Positions 63,134 to 64,000 of a DNA stretch of 64,000 nt are shown here, one piece after another. This stretch comes from a phage, in sequence record PZ386951.1; one strand, 5' to 3'. Below the pieces are notes generated by a model that saw nothing but the letters and a program-made list of their open reading frames with translations, was not told the origin of the DNA and made no database searches. The position numbers and the translations under genes were made by a program. Within the stretch, counting starts at the first letter, position 1. Each line of letters begins with the position of its first letter.

Positions 63134-64000
63134 TCAGCCAAACAGGAAGTCTAACGAAGCTTTTTCTTCATAGTCCATACCAGCCGATTCACACATGCCT
63201 GCAAGCGGTTTAACAAACGATTTTTGGAACAAAGTTGAGTAGTCAATCCAAGACAGTACGTCAGAACGAATTTCTTTTGGAAGTTCTGTACCCGACGGCC
63301 AAGCAATGCATTTGTCACCAAATGGATTTCCTTCACGTAATGGAAGAACCATTACTTTATTTCCATCCAAAATTGGAGCTACACCTAAACCGCTAACAGC
63401 TCGACGATAAGTTAACACCCCACGAATATGGAACGGGCATTTAAATCCTGGCCAACCTTTATCATCATATTTCGCTATATCGTTCGCAGTTTTTACTTCA
63501 GCGATAACTTTATAGTCAAGTTGACGATATTCTTTCTCAAAGTTCTTATAATATTCTTGAACAGACTCTTCGCCTTCTTGAAGAATACGACGGATACTTT
63601 CTTCAAGAGCTTCTTGGACCGCTTTAGGCGTTGAACTCTGCTGAGTTTCCATACCCATGATTTTTAGATGCGGTTCAGCAAATCGCTTATCTTCCATATC
63701 ATAAACGTTCAGAGCATAACGCTTTTTCGCTTTCCAAAATCCACCGACACCCTTTGAACCAAGCGGAGGACAAGAAATAGCTTCACGGTCCATATGCATC
63801 AGATGCTCGCGATTATTCATATAATCACATAACTCACGATATGCAACATCAATCATAGGTTCCATCTTTTTCTTACCGAACTGATTCATGAATTCAACTA
63901 AATCGTTCTGCTCTTTGAATCGGTCAAGACCTACTTTTTCAATAACTTTATCTACACAAACATATACCGAATCAGTATCACCTGCTGCGATGAAATCTTC
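63134..64000 (-). CDS. 43: DNA polymerase gp43, C-terminal part (partial; frame open to window end)
   Basis: family B polymerase motif C (GDTDS) in 63890-64000 extension; C-terminal SLDFLFG tail. Confidence 0.9.
   Translation of the reverse strand, partial: EDFIAAGDTDSVYVCVDKVIEKVGLDRFKEQNDLVEFMNQFGKKKMEPMIDVAYRELCDYMNNREHLMHMDREAISCPPLGSKGVGGFWKAKKRYALNVYDMEDKRFAEPHLKIMGMETQQSSTPKAVQEALEESIRRILQEGEESVQEYYKNFEKEYRQLDYKVIAEVKTANDIAKYDDKGWPGFKCPFHIRGVLTYRRAVSGLGVAPILDGNKVMVLPLREGNPFGDKCIAWPSGTELPKEIRSDVLSWIDYSTLFQKSFVKPLAGMCESAGMDYEEKASLDFLFG

Overview
This window reads as a contiguous segment of a T4-like (Tevenvirinae) coliphage genome, collinear with the T4 map from the gene 30.x/rIII/31 region, through the rIIB/rIIA junction, to the 3' end of gene 43. 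Bases 1-19910 and 30024-64000 are densely packed minus-strand early/middle genes: rIII, 31, cd, pseT, alc, rnlA, denA, nrdB, nrdA, td, frd, 32, 59, 33, dsbA, rnh, then asiA, arn, motA, 52, ac, stp, ndd, denB, rIIB, rIIA, 39, dexA, dda, srd, modA, modB, soc, 56, dam, 61, sp, dmd, 41, 40, uvsX, a glycosyltransferase, 42, imm and the C-terminal part of 43. Bases 20000-30023 are the plus-strand late long-tail-fibre operon (34, 35, 36, 37, 38) plus holin t. Gene names rest on my recollection of T4 protein lengths, motifs and gene order, not on a database search. Regulatory signals are T4-typical: early promoters (GTTTAC -35, TATAAT-like -10) on the minus strand, TATAAATA late promoters, and many intercistronic C(UUCG)G tetraloop hairpins. 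I found no tRNA, rRNA, CRISPR array or homing endonuclease. The window differs from my memory of T4 at several points: td and nrdB are intron-less, gene 39 is one contiguous ORF, the beta-gt locus holds a 282-aa DxD glycosyltransferase, a 115-aa ORF sits between frd and td, and a two-gene module sits between dam and gene 61. That module, a 186-aa protein with a PD-(D/E)XK-like motif coupled to dam plus a convergent plus-strand membrane peptide, is my best candidate for something undescribed. Other candidates are the hyperplastic modB-soc region, a tandem paralogue pair, several micro-ORFs below the 60-aa track cutoff, and a 13-bp perfect inverted repeat around one early promoter.
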